DNA from: an uncultured Gammaproteobacteria bacterium
GTDB taxonomy: Bacteria; Pseudomonadota; Gammaproteobacteria; UBA9214
NCBI GenBank assembly: GCA_963773065.1
Contig: CAVYZN010000020.1
Span: 1 to 49,448 of the forward strand
Reading direction: 5' to 3'
DNA: 49,448 nucleotides
In this document: positions 1 through 10,467 of the stretch, piece by piece
How positions within the stretch are numbered: the stretch's first letter is position 1
Layout of the letters: each line of letters begins with the position of its first letter
Position numbers and translations under genes: made by a program
Notes under the pieces: model-generated
Told to the model about the DNA's origin: nothing
The model's database searches: none
The model's input: only the letters and a program-made list of their open reading frames with translations

Positions 1-172
1 CGGCGTAATCGAAGGAGCGGAGCATCCCGGCCACATCGCGCAGCGGCGAGTGCTTCGCCCGACGCTCGACCATGGGACGGGCCGGTTCTCCCTCGAAGTC
101 GATGAGGATCACGTCGTTCTCGGCGACCAGCACCTGACCGAGGTGGAAGTCGCCGTGATAGCGCGTCATGAC
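1..172 (-). pseudogene. Maltokinase (Pep2/Mak; TreS-Mak C-terminal domain) fragment, 5'-truncated at the IS1182 remnant and running off the window edge
   Basis: Minus-strand translation [57 protein letters not shown] has the HGDxHLGQ, DFEGEP and [11 protein letters not shown] maltokinase motifs; not in the ORF track. Confidence 0.85.
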
Positions 173-179
173 CGCCTCC

Positions 180-828
180 TTCAACAAGCCTACAACGCCC
201 AGGCGGCAGTCGATGCGCCCACGATGCTGGTTATCACCACCGGTGTGAGCAGGCCCCCGACGACAAGGAGCAGGTCAAGCCCATGCTGGAGGCGCTGGCG
301 GCACACGCGCAGACGCTGGGGAAGGTGGACTGCTTGCTTGCCGACACGGGCTTCTTCAGCGAGACGAACGTGCGTGCCTGTGAGGCGGCCAAGATTGACC
401 CGCTGATGGCGCTAACCCGGGACGAGCATCATCCCGGCTGGCGGGAGCGCCATAGCGAGCCAGCGCCGCTACCCGAGAACGCCACGCCGGTGCAGACCCT
501 GTCCCATCGGTTGAAGACGAAGGCGGGTCGAGCGCTCTACGCCTTGCGCAAGCAGACCGTGGAACCCGTATTCGGCATAATCAAGTCGGTGATGGGATTT
601 CGGCAATTCTCTCTGCGCGGTCTGGAGAAGGTCAGCGGAGAATGGAGTCTGGTTTGCCTGGCGTGGAATTTGAAGCGTATGGCCGTATTGCGTCTGCAGT
701 AAGGAAAACAAGAGGGGGTCGTGCGCGTTTTAGCGAAAATCAGTCGAAAACCATCCCACTGGCGAAATATTTTTGCCGAATCGCCAGCCATCCCTCGGAT
801 TGCCGGGCATAGTCCGACAGGCTGCTAG
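180..828 (+). mobile_element. IS1182-family remnant: 3' part of the transposase (frameshifted near 250) plus right end
   Basis: [17 protein letters not shown] and YALRKQTVEPVFGIIK...FRQFSLRGLEKV..EW.LVCLAWNLKR are IS1182 DDE C-terminal motifs; terminal sequence AGTCCGACAGGCTGCTAG at 811-828. Confidence 0.85.
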
Positions 829-1472
829 TGGATGAGGCGCATCATATGGCGCATCATATGTTGCCGGTCGAACGCTGCAATTTCGCCTCGGCGTTGCCCA
901 ACGAATTGCATTCAATGTTCTGGATCACGGTGCATCCGGATCATCTGTCGCGCGCCGTGCTCGAACAGGTCGACTGGGTGCTCGTGACCGGCCGCGATCC
1001 GAGCCATTCACTGAAACAGTTTGCTACTGCGCTGCAGCGCGCCGCACCGCCCGTCGACGTACAGGATCTGGACTCCGGTGAAACCCTGCTATGGGACTGC
1101 CGGAACGACACGCCGGTGCAGAAGATATACATCGACCCGCCGCGTGAACGGCAGCCGCGCCATAAACGCAAGTATGCTCAGGGCGACCTCGGTCCGGAGT
1201 CCAGTTTCTATTTCCATGGTCCAGAACAGACCCTTAAACTGCGCGCCAACAATCTAATCACCTTTCTGCAGATCGCCGATGGCGTAGACGACGCCACCTG
1301 GGAGTATCATCTGCGGCGCGGCGATTACTCGAACTGGTTCCGTACCAGTATCAAGGATCCGCAACTGGCTAAAGCCGCGCAGCAGGTCGAACGCGATACC
1401 TCCGACAGATCGCCGGAAAGCCGTTCACGAATTCGCGCAATCGTCAAAGAACGATACACCGGGTCCGTATAG
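828..1472 (+). pseudogene. C-terminal part of a HAD-IIB phosphatase/ATPase fusion protein, 5' end removed at the IS1182 end
   Basis: Begins at a Walker-B-like (V)DEAHH directly after the IS end; FYFHGP..LKLRANNL..F..IADGVDDATWEYHLRRGDYSNWFR..IKD tail, which recurs in 28880..29842. Confidence 0.7.
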
Positions 1473-1643
1473 CGAGAGAGACGTATCGCGTACGTATCAA
1501 GCGAGCAGTAGAGTGGCTTCGTTGATGATCAGATAGCCCGAGCTGGTATCGACCATGAAATCCGTTTCCTCCAGATTGGCGCAATCCGGGCGCGCCCTCG
1601 CCGGCAGGCTATCCGTCTGCTCGTGTGACCGGACAGCCGAACC

Positions 1644-2175
1644 TCAGAGCGTGCCGACCACCTTATCGCTCATGGCCTCAAGTGCCTCCTTGGCCTTGAA
1701 TTCTTGCCGATGGTCGTGGGCATGTACGAGCACAAACCAACGGCCGCCACGAGAGGCATCCTCGACCCAGGTGATGAGATTGTCATGGTCGGGCCGCAGC
1801 GACACCAGTCCGCCAAGCAGCAGGCCGGCAATGCCCCCGAAAAAGCCCGCAACGCCCAATGTATAGAAGGGATTGCTCGAGAAGGGTTGGATCGCAAAAA
1901 GAACAAGAAGTGAGGCGACGACCAGCCCCACAAGTAGGCCCGCCACACCCAGTATACTATGAGCCCGCACGAGTGTTTTGGCGATGCCGGCTGACTCGGG
2001 TTCCAGCTTGCGTTCCATGGCCGGATCGCGTGGCTCAATGACGCGTACCTGCCGGGCGCTGATCCCAGTGCGCTTGAGCAACTGTTCGGCGGCCCTGCGA
2101 GCCTCGTCACCGCATGCGAACTCGGCTGCTACTTTAAGAGGGAAACTCTTCGCCTAATATCGCTAAGGTTATCAT
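1644..2175 (-). pseudogene. Two-TM conserved membrane protein with a 1-bp frameshift near 2135
   Basis: AAGGAGG RBS then ATG at 2175 (MITLAILGEEFPS*); removing one T restores the frame into KVAAEF...LKRTG of ORF 1644..2081, which has two hydrophobic Gly-rich helices. Confidence 0.6.
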
Positions 2176-2233
2176 GATCAGCCTCCTTCAAGCTGCGCCG
2201 TCGCATCAGACGGCAATAGTTACCCTCAAACAA

Positions 2234-2248
2234 GCAAGCTCCGTACCA
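2234..2248 (-). promoter_or_regulatory. sigma54 -24/-12 promoter
   Basis: TGGTACGGAGCTTGC (GG-N10-GC) about 60 bp upstream of ATG 2175. Confidence 0.7.
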
Positions 2249-2351
2249 TATAGAAACCCCCAGGGCCATTATCACTGATCATTTGTGCGAAGAAGCCGGA
2301 TGCCGCAATCGCGGGTGGCTACCCGCCCCGCGGGTGATAATTTTCGATCGT

Positions 2352-2520
2352 CTAGGAGCGCCTGTCCGAGTAATGGAGCCGTCGCGAGAAAGCGGCATGG
2401 CGAGAACAGATGTACGCAAAGTCGAGGATGATAGTGAGCACTATTTGACGAGGATTTGCGTTCATATGGACCATCGTTGCGCTTACGCAGGAGGTTATTA
2501 TTACTCGGACAGGCTCCTAC
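2352..2520. mobile_element. MITE-like element (about 165 bp) with terminal inverted repeats
   Basis: CTAGGAGCGCCTGTCCGAGTAAT (2352-2374) versus ATTACTCGGACAGGCTCCTAC (2500-2520): 15-bp perfect inverted core plus TAGGAGC; no convincing coding content. Confidence 0.65.
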
Positions 2521-2616
2521 TGATAACACCCAACATGGTTGCTATAACCCAAGTCGAGTGTCGCGTTCCACCGGGGCAAGACTAAGGCCGCAACAGCCAT
2601 TCATCACAGCCGCGGC

Positions 2617-2835
2617 TCACATCAAATACTTGGGCGCTCGCTCCAAGTGGTCGCCGCGATCCTTCAGACGCTGGTAAGCCTTGTCCTCGCTCCCGTTTAC
2701 GATAGCGCCGACGTTCTCTGCTGCCTGGTCGATTTCCTTTCCAGCCTGCTCAGCAGGGCCTTCGCCGATATCGCAGGCTGTCAATACCAGGACCACGACA
2801 ACAGCCCACATTGACAACGAATAGTGCACAACCAC
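2617..2835 (-). CDS. Small stress-associated lipoprotein (GPAExAGxxID type)
   Basis: Hydrophobic signal, LTAC lipobox, EGPAEQAGKEIDQAAE; GGAGG near the start. Confidence 0.55.
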   Translation of the reverse strand: MVVHYSLSMWAVVVVLVLTACDIGEGPAEQAGKEIDQAAENVGAIVNGSEDKAYQRLKDRGDHLERAPKYLM

Positions 2836-3365
2836 CTCCGTTTTTACGTGTCAGGTAAGCAAAGGAGCACGCCAACCCCAAGCCCGTTGCCACTTTCCAA
2901 GCATATGACGTGCCATTCCACTTCATGAGTCAGGGGCGCAGGGCATGGTCCGATCTCGGCTGCTGGATGTCTCGTTCCGCCGCCGAACCGCCGAACATCG
3001 CCCGCAAGGTTAATCGGCTAGCTGGGGCAATAAACCCGCCACAGCGCGAAATACCCCGCTCCGCGAAGGACCACCGAGCACGCCAGAGCTGCGCTTTGCG
3101 GATTCGCGCAGGGCGGGAGACGCCGAAAGGTTTCATAGCCTCCGATTTGGAGTGTTCGCTGCTCGCCTTGGAGCAAAGGAACCAATGTCTGCGAGCCCGT
3201 TCGAATCCGAGTTCAGCGCCCTGGAGACCGGCAGTCACCCAAGTAATACCCCCAAGGATGAAACAATACTAGCCAACTGTGTGATGGTTATACCCGCGCT
3301 GCCTTGCCGTATAGGGCGCATAACGCGCCCCGTACGACGCCGGCGCCGCCCAGGGATTCCCGTGG

Positions 3366-4490
3366 TTAGTCGAATATTCGTGCCCACGACTTGGCCGCCT
3401 CAACGCGGTCGAGACCGACCTTGATGCACACCAGGATCGGAACCGAGAGCAGCGCACCGACGATGCCCCACATCCAGTACCAGAATACCAGGGATGCAAT
3501 GATCAGGAGGGGATTGATCGTTAAGCGGGTGCCGACCGCGAAGGGGGTGATCACAAAGCTCTCGAGCGCATGGATCGACAGGAACACCACCGGCACGAGG
3601 AGAGCCTCTTGGATGCTCGGGTACGTCAGCAAGGCGACGGCGAACAAAATGACGGCAGTGACCGCAGGCCCGAGAAAGGGCACGTAATTGAACAATGCTG
3701 CGATGACACCCCACAACGCCGGGTTGGGCATTCCCATCACGTACATCGCGCCCGAAACGACGATACCGATCCCGAAGTTAACCACTGTAATCGTCGCGAG
3801 ATAAATCGCCACCGCACTTTCAACCTCCTGTGCGATCCGGACCATTTGACGCTGTTCCCGAAAACCCGGCAGGGCATTAATGACATTGCGATAGAGTCGC
3901 TCGCCCCAGCCAAGAATAAAAAACAATAACAGCAGCATGGTGAAGATGCCTGCACCCACATCTCGCGTTTGAATCACCAGTGGATTGTCCAGCAGCTCGG
4001 ACTTCTTCACCACCACCTCCTTGGACTTTTCGCCGGAGTCCTGCCCCAGCTTGCTCACCTGCTCGGTGGCCTTCTGTATCTTGGTCAGGGGCTGTTTCAG
4101 GATCTGGATGCGCGCGTGCAACTGCTGGAGTGCGTGCGGCCCTATCTCGAGCCATTCCGCAGCAGGGTCCTTGAGGCTGTAAATCCCATAGCCAAGGGTC
4201 CCACCCAGGAGACCCACCAGCACCAGCGCACTGACCGGCAAAGGGACGAACGCGCGCTCGAGCGCGTTGGATATGGGGCGCAGCACCAAGCTCAACAATA
4301 AAGCGACAGTCAATGGCAACAGAATTGAACGCCCCACATACACGACGCCCAGCACCGCGATCAGCAATAGAGCACCGGCCGCCGTCGTAAGACGGGCCAG
4401 TTGCGGGTCAGGCGACCGCAACGGTTCCGCGTCTGTCGCCTGGCCCTCAGCCGACTCCCGGATATCGGATTGTTCGCTGCTCATCGCCAT
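3366..4490 (-). CDS. AI-2E (PerM/TqsA) family transporter
   Basis: Multi-TM; P.LWG..AALFNYVPFLG and LTINP...FW.WMWG.VGALLSVP motifs; start placed at MAMSSEQ. Confidence 0.9.
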   Translation of the reverse strand: MAMSSEQSDIRESAEGQATDAEPLRSPDPQLARLTTAAGALLLIAVLGVVYVGRSILLPLTVALLLSLVLRPISNALERAFVPLPVSALVLVGLLGGTLGYGIYSLKDPAAEWLEIGPHALQQLHARIQILKQPLTKIQKATEQVSKLGQDSGEKSKEVVVKKSELLDNPLVIQTRDVGAGIFTMLLLLFFILGWGERLYRNVINALPGFREQRQMVRIAQEVESAVAIYLATITVVNFGIGIVVSGAMYVMGMPNPALWGVIAALFNYVPFLGPAVTAVILFAVALLTYPSIQEALLVPVVFLSIHALESFVITPFAVGTRLTINPLLIIASLVFWYWMWGIVGALLSVPILVCIKVGLDRVEAAKSWARIFD

Positions 4491-4529
4491 ATGATTTCTG
4501 TTATAGCCCTGTCGAACAACCATCTGAAG

Positions 4530-4544
4530 GCACAAAGCGTGCCG
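4530..4544 (-). promoter_or_regulatory. sigma54 -24/-12 promoter
   Basis: CGGCACGCTTTGTGC (GG-N10-GC) about 40 bp upstream of the AI-2E start. Confidence 0.6.
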
Positions 4545-5128
4545 CAACGGCCCCTGGCTTCGTGGCAGCTTTCAGCCTCTTCCTGACTTACGCCAGCCGT
4601 TCTCCTGACGGAGGCAGAGGTCCGGTGACATCGTGCTGAGATCAGCATAGACGTCTTATATCCCGCGGCGCTGTTGAGATGAGAAATACCGCAGACATAC
4701 GGGAAGACATCACACTTCCAGGCGAAGCATCCCCGCTGACGCCCGGGAATGGTCAGCGGGACGACCAGTGGGCGCCGCCGAGCCTCGACGGCGCCTCGGT
4801 CCTAACTGATTGAATCGATCTCGCGCTGTACTTCTTCCTTCCATCGCGAGGAAAACTGGCATATCACAGTAATGATCACCCGCTCCGCTTTCCCATCGAT
4901 GTCTTCCGATGCCGTACCTATATGCGCGAGGGGAATTCCCCGTACTCGCCGAAAATGAGGTGCAACACCGGCGTACAACTCCAGCCGCATCGCTACGAAT
5001 CAAGAGGTCGAGAGTTGACGTGAGACATAGTTGACCTCCCCTTGGACAGAGGCCATCTCCATCTTCGTCCTGCGCAACTCTGTCAACAGTAGAGCAGCAC
5101 ACGTGATGCACCCGTAAAGGTACACAAT

Positions 5129-5293
5129 TTAAATCGGCGGTCGCCGTCCTGCGACAAAGAAGACGATTGCCAAGATTAGCCCGACCACAAACAGAATCCA
5201 GGCAATATTGACAGCCGTACCGGCGATGCCCGAAAACCCTAATACCGCTGCAATGATCGCAATGATCAAAAAAGTGATTGCCCAGCTTATCAT
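5129..5293 (-). CDS. DUF1328 (YtjA/UPF0391) small membrane protein
   Basis: [54 protein letters not shown]; AAGGAGG RBS; below the ORF-track cutoff. Confidence 0.9.
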   Translation of the reverse strand: MISWAITFLIIAIIAAVLGFSGIAGTAVNIAWILFVVGLILAIVFFVAGRRPPI

Positions 5294-5386
5294 GTTAGCC
5301 TCCTTACGCGACGTGCGTTATTGGTGCAGGCCGGGGCGTAATCACCGGCCTGCACAGATCGGGTTCCGATGTTTTTTTGCCTTGCG

Positions 5387-5584
5387 CTACAATCCCCGCT
5401 CGAACTCTGATACTTCTTTTTCGGCCTCGTCCCGCGCTTTGCCGTAGAGTTCCTGGATTTTGCCAACCAAGCGCTCGCGGTTCCCTTCGACAGCATCCCA
5501 TTCATTATCCGTGAGCTTGCCCCATTTCGCTTGGGCGTTGCCTTTAAATTGCTTCCAGTTACCTTCAATCATGTCCCAGTTCAT
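5387..5584 (-). CDS. CsbD/YjbJ family general stress protein
   Basis: MNWDMIEGNWKQFKG..QAKWGKLTD....VEGNRERLVGKIQELYG; AAGGAG RBS. Confidence 0.95.
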   Translation of the reverse strand: MNWDMIEGNWKQFKGNAQAKWGKLTDNEWDAVEGNRERLVGKIQELYGKARDEAEKEVSEFERGL

Positions 5585-5734
5585 TGTCGATCTCCTTCGT
5601 CGTGTTGGCTTGACTTCAGTCAATTGCGCCGACGCTTAAGCTGCATGGCGCAGTTTTGGCGTCAGATAGGTGGCATGATCGTGTGGAACGGGTTACTTTG
5701 GGTCCAGCGTCATACTCACCATATACCTGATGGA

Positions 5735-5749
5735 GCAACTGCCATGCCA
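5735..5749 (-). promoter_or_regulatory. sigma54 -24/-12 promoter of the csbD-like/DUF1328 pair
   Basis: TGGCATGGCAGTTGC, near-consensus TGGCAC-N5-TTGC. Confidence 0.8.
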
Positions 5750-5813
5750 ATCAGGTATCTGCTTAATTGTTAACAGGTATCCTGTGATACATTTGAGCCG
5801 TCACTGACTGGCA

Positions 5814-5848
5814 GGGTGATGCGGCCCATTGCGTGGGTCAATACACCC
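5814..5848. promoter_or_regulatory. Putative tandem enhancer (UAS) for a sigma54 activator
   Basis: GGGTGATGCGGCCC (5814-5827) and GGGTCAATACACCC (5835-5848), starts 21 bp apart, 65-100 bp upstream of the -24 box. Confidence 0.5.
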
Positions 5849-6178
5849 TTCTATCACGCAGATCAGCGTTTGTTTGTACGGAACAAGCCGTTTTCGCCAA
5901 TGCCTCTTCAATTTCGGGACTGACAAGGCGCGTTCCATACCCAGTTTATGGGTGTAAATGCTGAATAGGGCGATGCGTAAACGTACATCAGCCGGATTTC
6001 GTCCTCGTCCAGGTGACGCGTTTTATACTGTCTTGCAAATACAAGCGTCTGTTGACCCGGCTGGGTGGCTTCCGGTGTTTGGGCTATTGCCCTTTCACGG
6101 GGGTAAAGTTCTCGATTAGATGTGCGGTTTTTTTATCCGTTTAGAAATAATAACGATGCAGCACCGGATTTACGAGGT

Positions 6179-6193
6179 TGGTCTTATTCTTGC
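6179..6193 (+). promoter_or_regulatory. sigma54 -24/-12 promoter
   Basis: TGGTCTTATTCTTGC (GG-N10-GC) about 30 bp before ATG 6223. Confidence 0.6.
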
Positions 6194-6222
6194 CTGTTAA
6201 TTTAGTAACACGAGGGGAATCC

Positions 6223-6378
6223 ATGTCAACTTTGCATTTACTGGATCCCGTCGTTCCTGGGACAGCAGGTGCGTTGGTGGGTTGCTACGGGAACGAGTGA
6301 CCCGTTGAAGAAGCGGGCGAAGAAATGGATCACGCTGTCGATGAGGCCAAGGATAAGGCAGATGATGTAGCCCACTAG
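6223..6378 (+). pseudogene. Small stress lipoprotein with an internal stop; paralog of 2617..2835
   Basis: MSTLHL...ALVGCYGNE*PVEEAGEEMDHAVDEAKDKADDVAH*; TGA at 6298 where G of GP is expected; GAGGGG RBS. Confidence 0.6.
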
Positions 6379-6451
6379 GCGCACAGAAATTGTGCTCCGA
6401 ATAACGAAGGATACAGAGAGTTTCGTAATGAATTCACTGTGAAGTGGCGTT

Positions 6452-6619
6452 ATGCTTTATTGGATTTTTACATTTTTTATCGTCGCGATTGTCGCAGGTG
6501 TCTTGGGATTTACCGGCATCGCAGGTGCCGCTGCGGATATTGCGGAGATTGTATTTTTTGTCTTCCTGGTGTTGTTCGTCGTATTTTTACTCTTTGGACG
6601 ACGACCTCCAGAGGTTTAG
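6452..6619 (+). CDS. Second DUF1328 (YtjA) small membrane protein
   Basis: [55 protein letters not shown]. Confidence 0.9.
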   Translation: MLYWIFTFFIVAIVAGVLGFTGIAGAAADIAEIVFFVFLVLFVVFLLFGRRPPEV

Positions 6620-6790
6620 CGCTGCATACCCGTCGGGCACTACGACATTGATTCACGCGCGAACATCAAGAATTCGCGAGTCGTTCAAGAATCCTGTGCA
6701 TATTGCGCAGGCTAAGGGATATGTCTATTCGTTCAGTCAATGAACCGTTGCCTGATCGTCAGGTAACAAAATGAGCAAGGCAACGTTCAG

Positions 6791-8239
6791 ATGCGTGGAC
6801 TGCAATTTTTTCTTACCCGCTCCGTCTGGTTGCTATTGGGGGCGGCGTTGCTGCTGTTCGTCTTCAGTCTGGCGCTTTTGGTCTACAGTGCCTGGCGTTA
6901 TGCCGAGCGCATCGAGCCGGTTCAACGGCATCTGCACTATCTGAGCTCAATCGAAATGGCCGATTTCGAGGTGCGTACTCAATTGATCAACCTGCTGGAA
7001 TCCGATAGCGGGTATCTGGATGCAGGCGACGTGGAAGATATGCGAGAGCGACTCCGCGAACTGCGCAAGTCCGGCGCCAATCTCATGGTGACTACGCCAA
7101 ATGAAATCGATCATGCCTTGAAACAGTTTGACGAATTTGACGGCATAAGCCGGTATCAGTTCGACGAGGCCCTATATTCCTTGCGTATCGCCCTGAACCA
7201 GGAGCTTGTCGCGCACCAATCCATGGTCGGTACCTTTCAAACTGAAGCGCAGCGGGGACTGCGCATCGCCCTCGGGCTTGCCTTCGGCCTGCTGGTAATC
7301 TCTGCCCTGCTATGGGCGATAGCGCGTCAGCGCATCATCGCACCGCTGCATAAGCTCGCCGATCAGATGACACACCTGGGGCGCCGCAACTATAGCGAGC
7401 TGCCGGTGGAAAATGTCGATCCTATGCTGTACCCGATGATTGAGAAATATAACCGCATGACACAGCGACTGAGCAAGCTGGAAAAGATCCAGCAGCAACG
7501 CCAAAAAACCTTAACCGAAGAGGTACGCAGCGCTACTCACATGCTGTTGCAACAGCAGTACCGCCTGGCCCAGGCCGAACGGCTAGGCGCGGTCGGCGAA
7601 TTGGTTGCGGGTATCGCCCACGATTTGCGTAACCCATTGACCAGTATACAAATGGCTCTTCAGAATCTGCGCCGTGACGTGCGGGAGCCAGAAATAATCG
7701 AGCGTGTCGACATGATTACCGACGAGATCAAACATGTTACCCGACAACTCAATCAGCATCTGGACCTAGTCCGGCAGCGGCCTGAGACGCCGGTAATGGT
7801 GGACATCGGCGCGGAACTCGATAACCTGGTTTCGCTGGCGGCCTACCAGCTACACGAACACATTTCCGTTCATATCGAGGTCGAGAAACAGTTGACCTGC
7901 CTGTTGCCTCGCTCCCGCTTGCGGCAGGCTTTGCTCAACCTAATTCTGAACGCCGGGCAGATACTCGGTGATACGGCGGGTGATATTAGGGTACAGGCTC
8001 AGCGTAAGGATGATATCCTTGAACTAACGGTCGCAGACAGTGGACCCGGATTTACGCCTGCGATGCTGGAAGCAGGGCTTCAGCCCTTCCGCTCGTGGCG
8101 CGTCGGCGGAACTGGACTTGGCCTGGTAATGGTGCGCCGTTTCACCAGCGATCTCGGTGGTAAACTGCAGTTGCTCAACCGCGACGAAGGCGGCGCCTGC
8201 GTAACAATCAGGTTACCGTGCAATCAGACCGATGGCTAG
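6791..8239 (+). CDS. Membrane sensor histidine kinase (2 TM, HAMP, HisKA, HATPase)
   Basis: H-box AGIAHDLRNPL, N-box QALLNLILNA, DSGPG, GGTGLGL; overlaps the next gene. Confidence 0.95.
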   Translation: MRGLQFFLTRSVWLLLGAALLLFVFSLALLVYSAWRYAERIEPVQRHLHYLSSIEMADFEVRTQLINLLESDSGYLDAGDVEDMRERLRELRKSGANLMVTTPNEIDHALKQFDEFDGISRYQFDEALYSLRIALNQELVAHQSMVGTFQTEAQRGLRIALGLAFGLLVISALLWAIARQRIIAPLHKLADQMTHLGRRNYSELPVENVDPMLYPMIEKYNRMTQRLSKLEKIQQQRQKTLTEEVRSATHMLLQQQYRLAQAERLGAVGELVAGIAHDLRNPLTSIQMALQNLRRDVREPEIIERVDMITDEIKHVTRQLNQHLDLVRQRPETPVMVDIGAELDNLVSLAAYQLHEHISVHIEVEKQLTCLLPRSRLRQALLNLILNAGQILGDTAGDIRVQAQRKDDILELTVADSGPGFTPAMLEAGLQPFRSWRVGGTGLGLVMVRRFTSDLGGKLQLLNRDEGGACVTIRLPCNQTDG

Positions 8240-9666
8240 AACTCTGCTGATCATAGAAGACGAGGCTATGCTCGGGGCGGAACTCAGGCGCCACTTTGAA
8301 GGTGAAGGATGGCGCGTGATGCTGATGGACACGTTCGGGGCGGCCCGCAGTGAGTTGTTTGACAAGGGTCTGGTCCCGCTCGTGGTACTTTCTGATATGA
8401 GCCTGCCGGACGGCAACGCACTGGATCTGCTCGAAGAGGTCTGTGGTCAGCAGACCGGCGGCGAGTGGATCTTCCTCACCGGCTACGGCAGTGTCGCCGA
8501 TTCGGTGCGAGCGTTGCGTCTGGGCGCCTATGATTTTCTGGAAAAGCCGGTTGATTTCGAACGGCTGGATCTGGTTATCAAGGGTGCAGCACGCAGCGCG
8601 ACGGCGCAACGTCGTCTGCACGACCAGCTGGCGGCCGGAAGTAGCCGCTTCACACCCGAAGGCTTCGTCGGCGGGAGCGGCGTCGCCAGCCGGCTTCGCG
8701 AGATGCTCAGGCGGTTAGCCGAGGCACCATTTTCCGCGCTGATTATCACCGGTGAGACCGGCACCGGCAAGGGCGTGGCGGCACGCATATTACACCACAG
8801 CGGGGCGCGTAATGATGCGCCGCTGGTCGAAGATCAATTGCTCGGCCCTGCCCAAGGACCTGCTGGAGTCCGAGCTGTTCGGTCATGAAGCAGGCGCCTT
8901 TACCGGTGCCAAGGGACAGCGCCGCGGGCTGTTCGAACAGGCCGACGGCGGAACACTGTTTCTCGACGAGATCGGCGAAATGCCGATCGATCTGCAGGCA
9001 AAATTTCTGAAGGTACTCGAGGAGCAATGTTTCCGCCGGGTCGGCGGTGACCGCGAAATTCACGTCGACGTCCAGGTAATCGCGGCGACCAATTGTGATC
9101 TGGCCGCGCGCGTCGAAGACGGAAGTTTCCGTGCGGATCTCTATCACCGCCTCTGCGTATTCCAGTTACACCTGCCAACGCTGCGGGAACGTATTCAGGA
9201 TCTTGATGAATTGGTCCCTCTGTTCGTCACCGAGTTTAACACCAAAGCAAGGAAAAACGTCAGCGTGATTAGTGCGACGGCTTGGGAAAAACTGAAGGCG
9301 CATACTTGGCCAGGCAATGTGCGCGAGTTGCGTAACGTGATCGAACGTTGTGTGTTGTTTGCCGATGGCAGCGAGTTACCGCTGCAATGGCTGCAGTTGC
9401 AGCCTGAGCGCTTGGTGGCGCGCGGTGACGATGATTCGATGCGAAATAGCACCGACATTCCCGCGCCACAGGGAGACGGTCAGTACGTTCGCCTGCCGCT
9501 TGACGGCAGTATGGGGCTGGACCAAATGGATCGCTTCATTATTTGCGCGGCGCTTGAACAAAATCAATACAACGTCACCGCGACGGCCCAGATGCTGAAC
9601 ACGACCCGCGACACGCTACGCTACCGCATCCGCAAATACGCCATTAATCTGCCCGACAACGCTTGA
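8232..9666 (+). pseudogene. NtrC-family sigma54-dependent response regulator (REC-AAA+-Fis HTH) with a +1 frameshift near 8830
   Basis: ORF 8232..8888 has REC (IIEDE, DMSLPDG, LEKP) and Walker A GETGTGKG; ORF 8752..9666 continues [33 protein letters not shown] and HTH; junction GTCGAAGATCAATTGC has one extra base. Confidence 0.9.
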
Positions 9667-9777
9667 TCTCAAGCGCGGCTCCCTTGCCGGTCCTCGTGAT
9701 CGATGGCGCAATGAATCGACCTTGGACCGTCTCGTCACGGGCGACCGGGAGAAATGCTTGTTGGTCGCCGGAAATAT

Positions 9778-9894
9778 GGGTTTTGTCACTCCTGGTGACG
9801 GGTGATTTCGCCCCGCAGGTGATATCACTAAATGCACAACATCAAAGAAACCAGCTGTTAGCTAATGCTATTTCCAAGCTGGCATTCAATCTGC
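9778..9894 (+). promoter_or_regulatory. sigma54 promoter with upstream tandem GGG-N8-CCC-like sites; no intact downstream gene
   Basis: TGGCATTCAATCTGC at 9880-9894; GGGTTTTGTCACTC (9778) and GGGTGATTTCGCCC (9800). Confidence 0.55.
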
Positions 9895-10467
9895 AGTAAA
9901 CATCTCAAACCCATCGTAATTGGGTCACGAATATCGCCGAACGGGCTGATCAGATGGAACGGCGTGCGATACACTCGCGAGTGAGCGGAGACTGAGAAAC
10001 ACAAGCGGTTCTTGTATTCTGCATCTGGTTATGTGGTGTAATCGGTGCATTAATGGCGGTTTCCATGGGGACAAAACGTCCTTTCTCATTGAGGACGCCA
10101 TTGCCGCAGAGCCGGAGATACGTACCAAGGCTTGCGGATTGACAGTCGACACGGCACGACCACCTTAATCGAGTTTCGCACCGCAGCAGAACCTGACACC
10201 TCTCGTATGCTCGAGGATCTCGGCGAACGCCAGCCCGGCATGATGACCGTCATAGGTCTGGCCATTTGCCGCGTCTCGGATGATGCACACGCACATACAT
10301 GACAGGAGACGAATTCGTTGCGGCAAGACCGACTGGCCACCGTTTTCCTGCGCGCGGCGTTATTTTCGCGCTTCCTGCTGTAACCTTGGGGCATCGAGAC
10401 GGTAGATTTCCCGTAACGGATCAGACTTCTTTTGCAGGATATCACCGCGTTTGAATGTAGCAAGGAT

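Noticed and set aside
2859-2874. sigma54-like motif TGGCGTGCTCCTTTGC upstream of the lipoprotein (similar case at 35147-35162)
   Set aside because: GG-to-GC spacing is 11 rather than the required 10; at most a decayed site
2910-3360. Short ORFs possibly derived from YqjE/YqjK-like genes
   Set aside because: Too degraded to assign from the sequence alone
9925-10463. Short ORFs downstream of the NtrC-like gene
   Set aside because: No recognisable motifs in the frames examined
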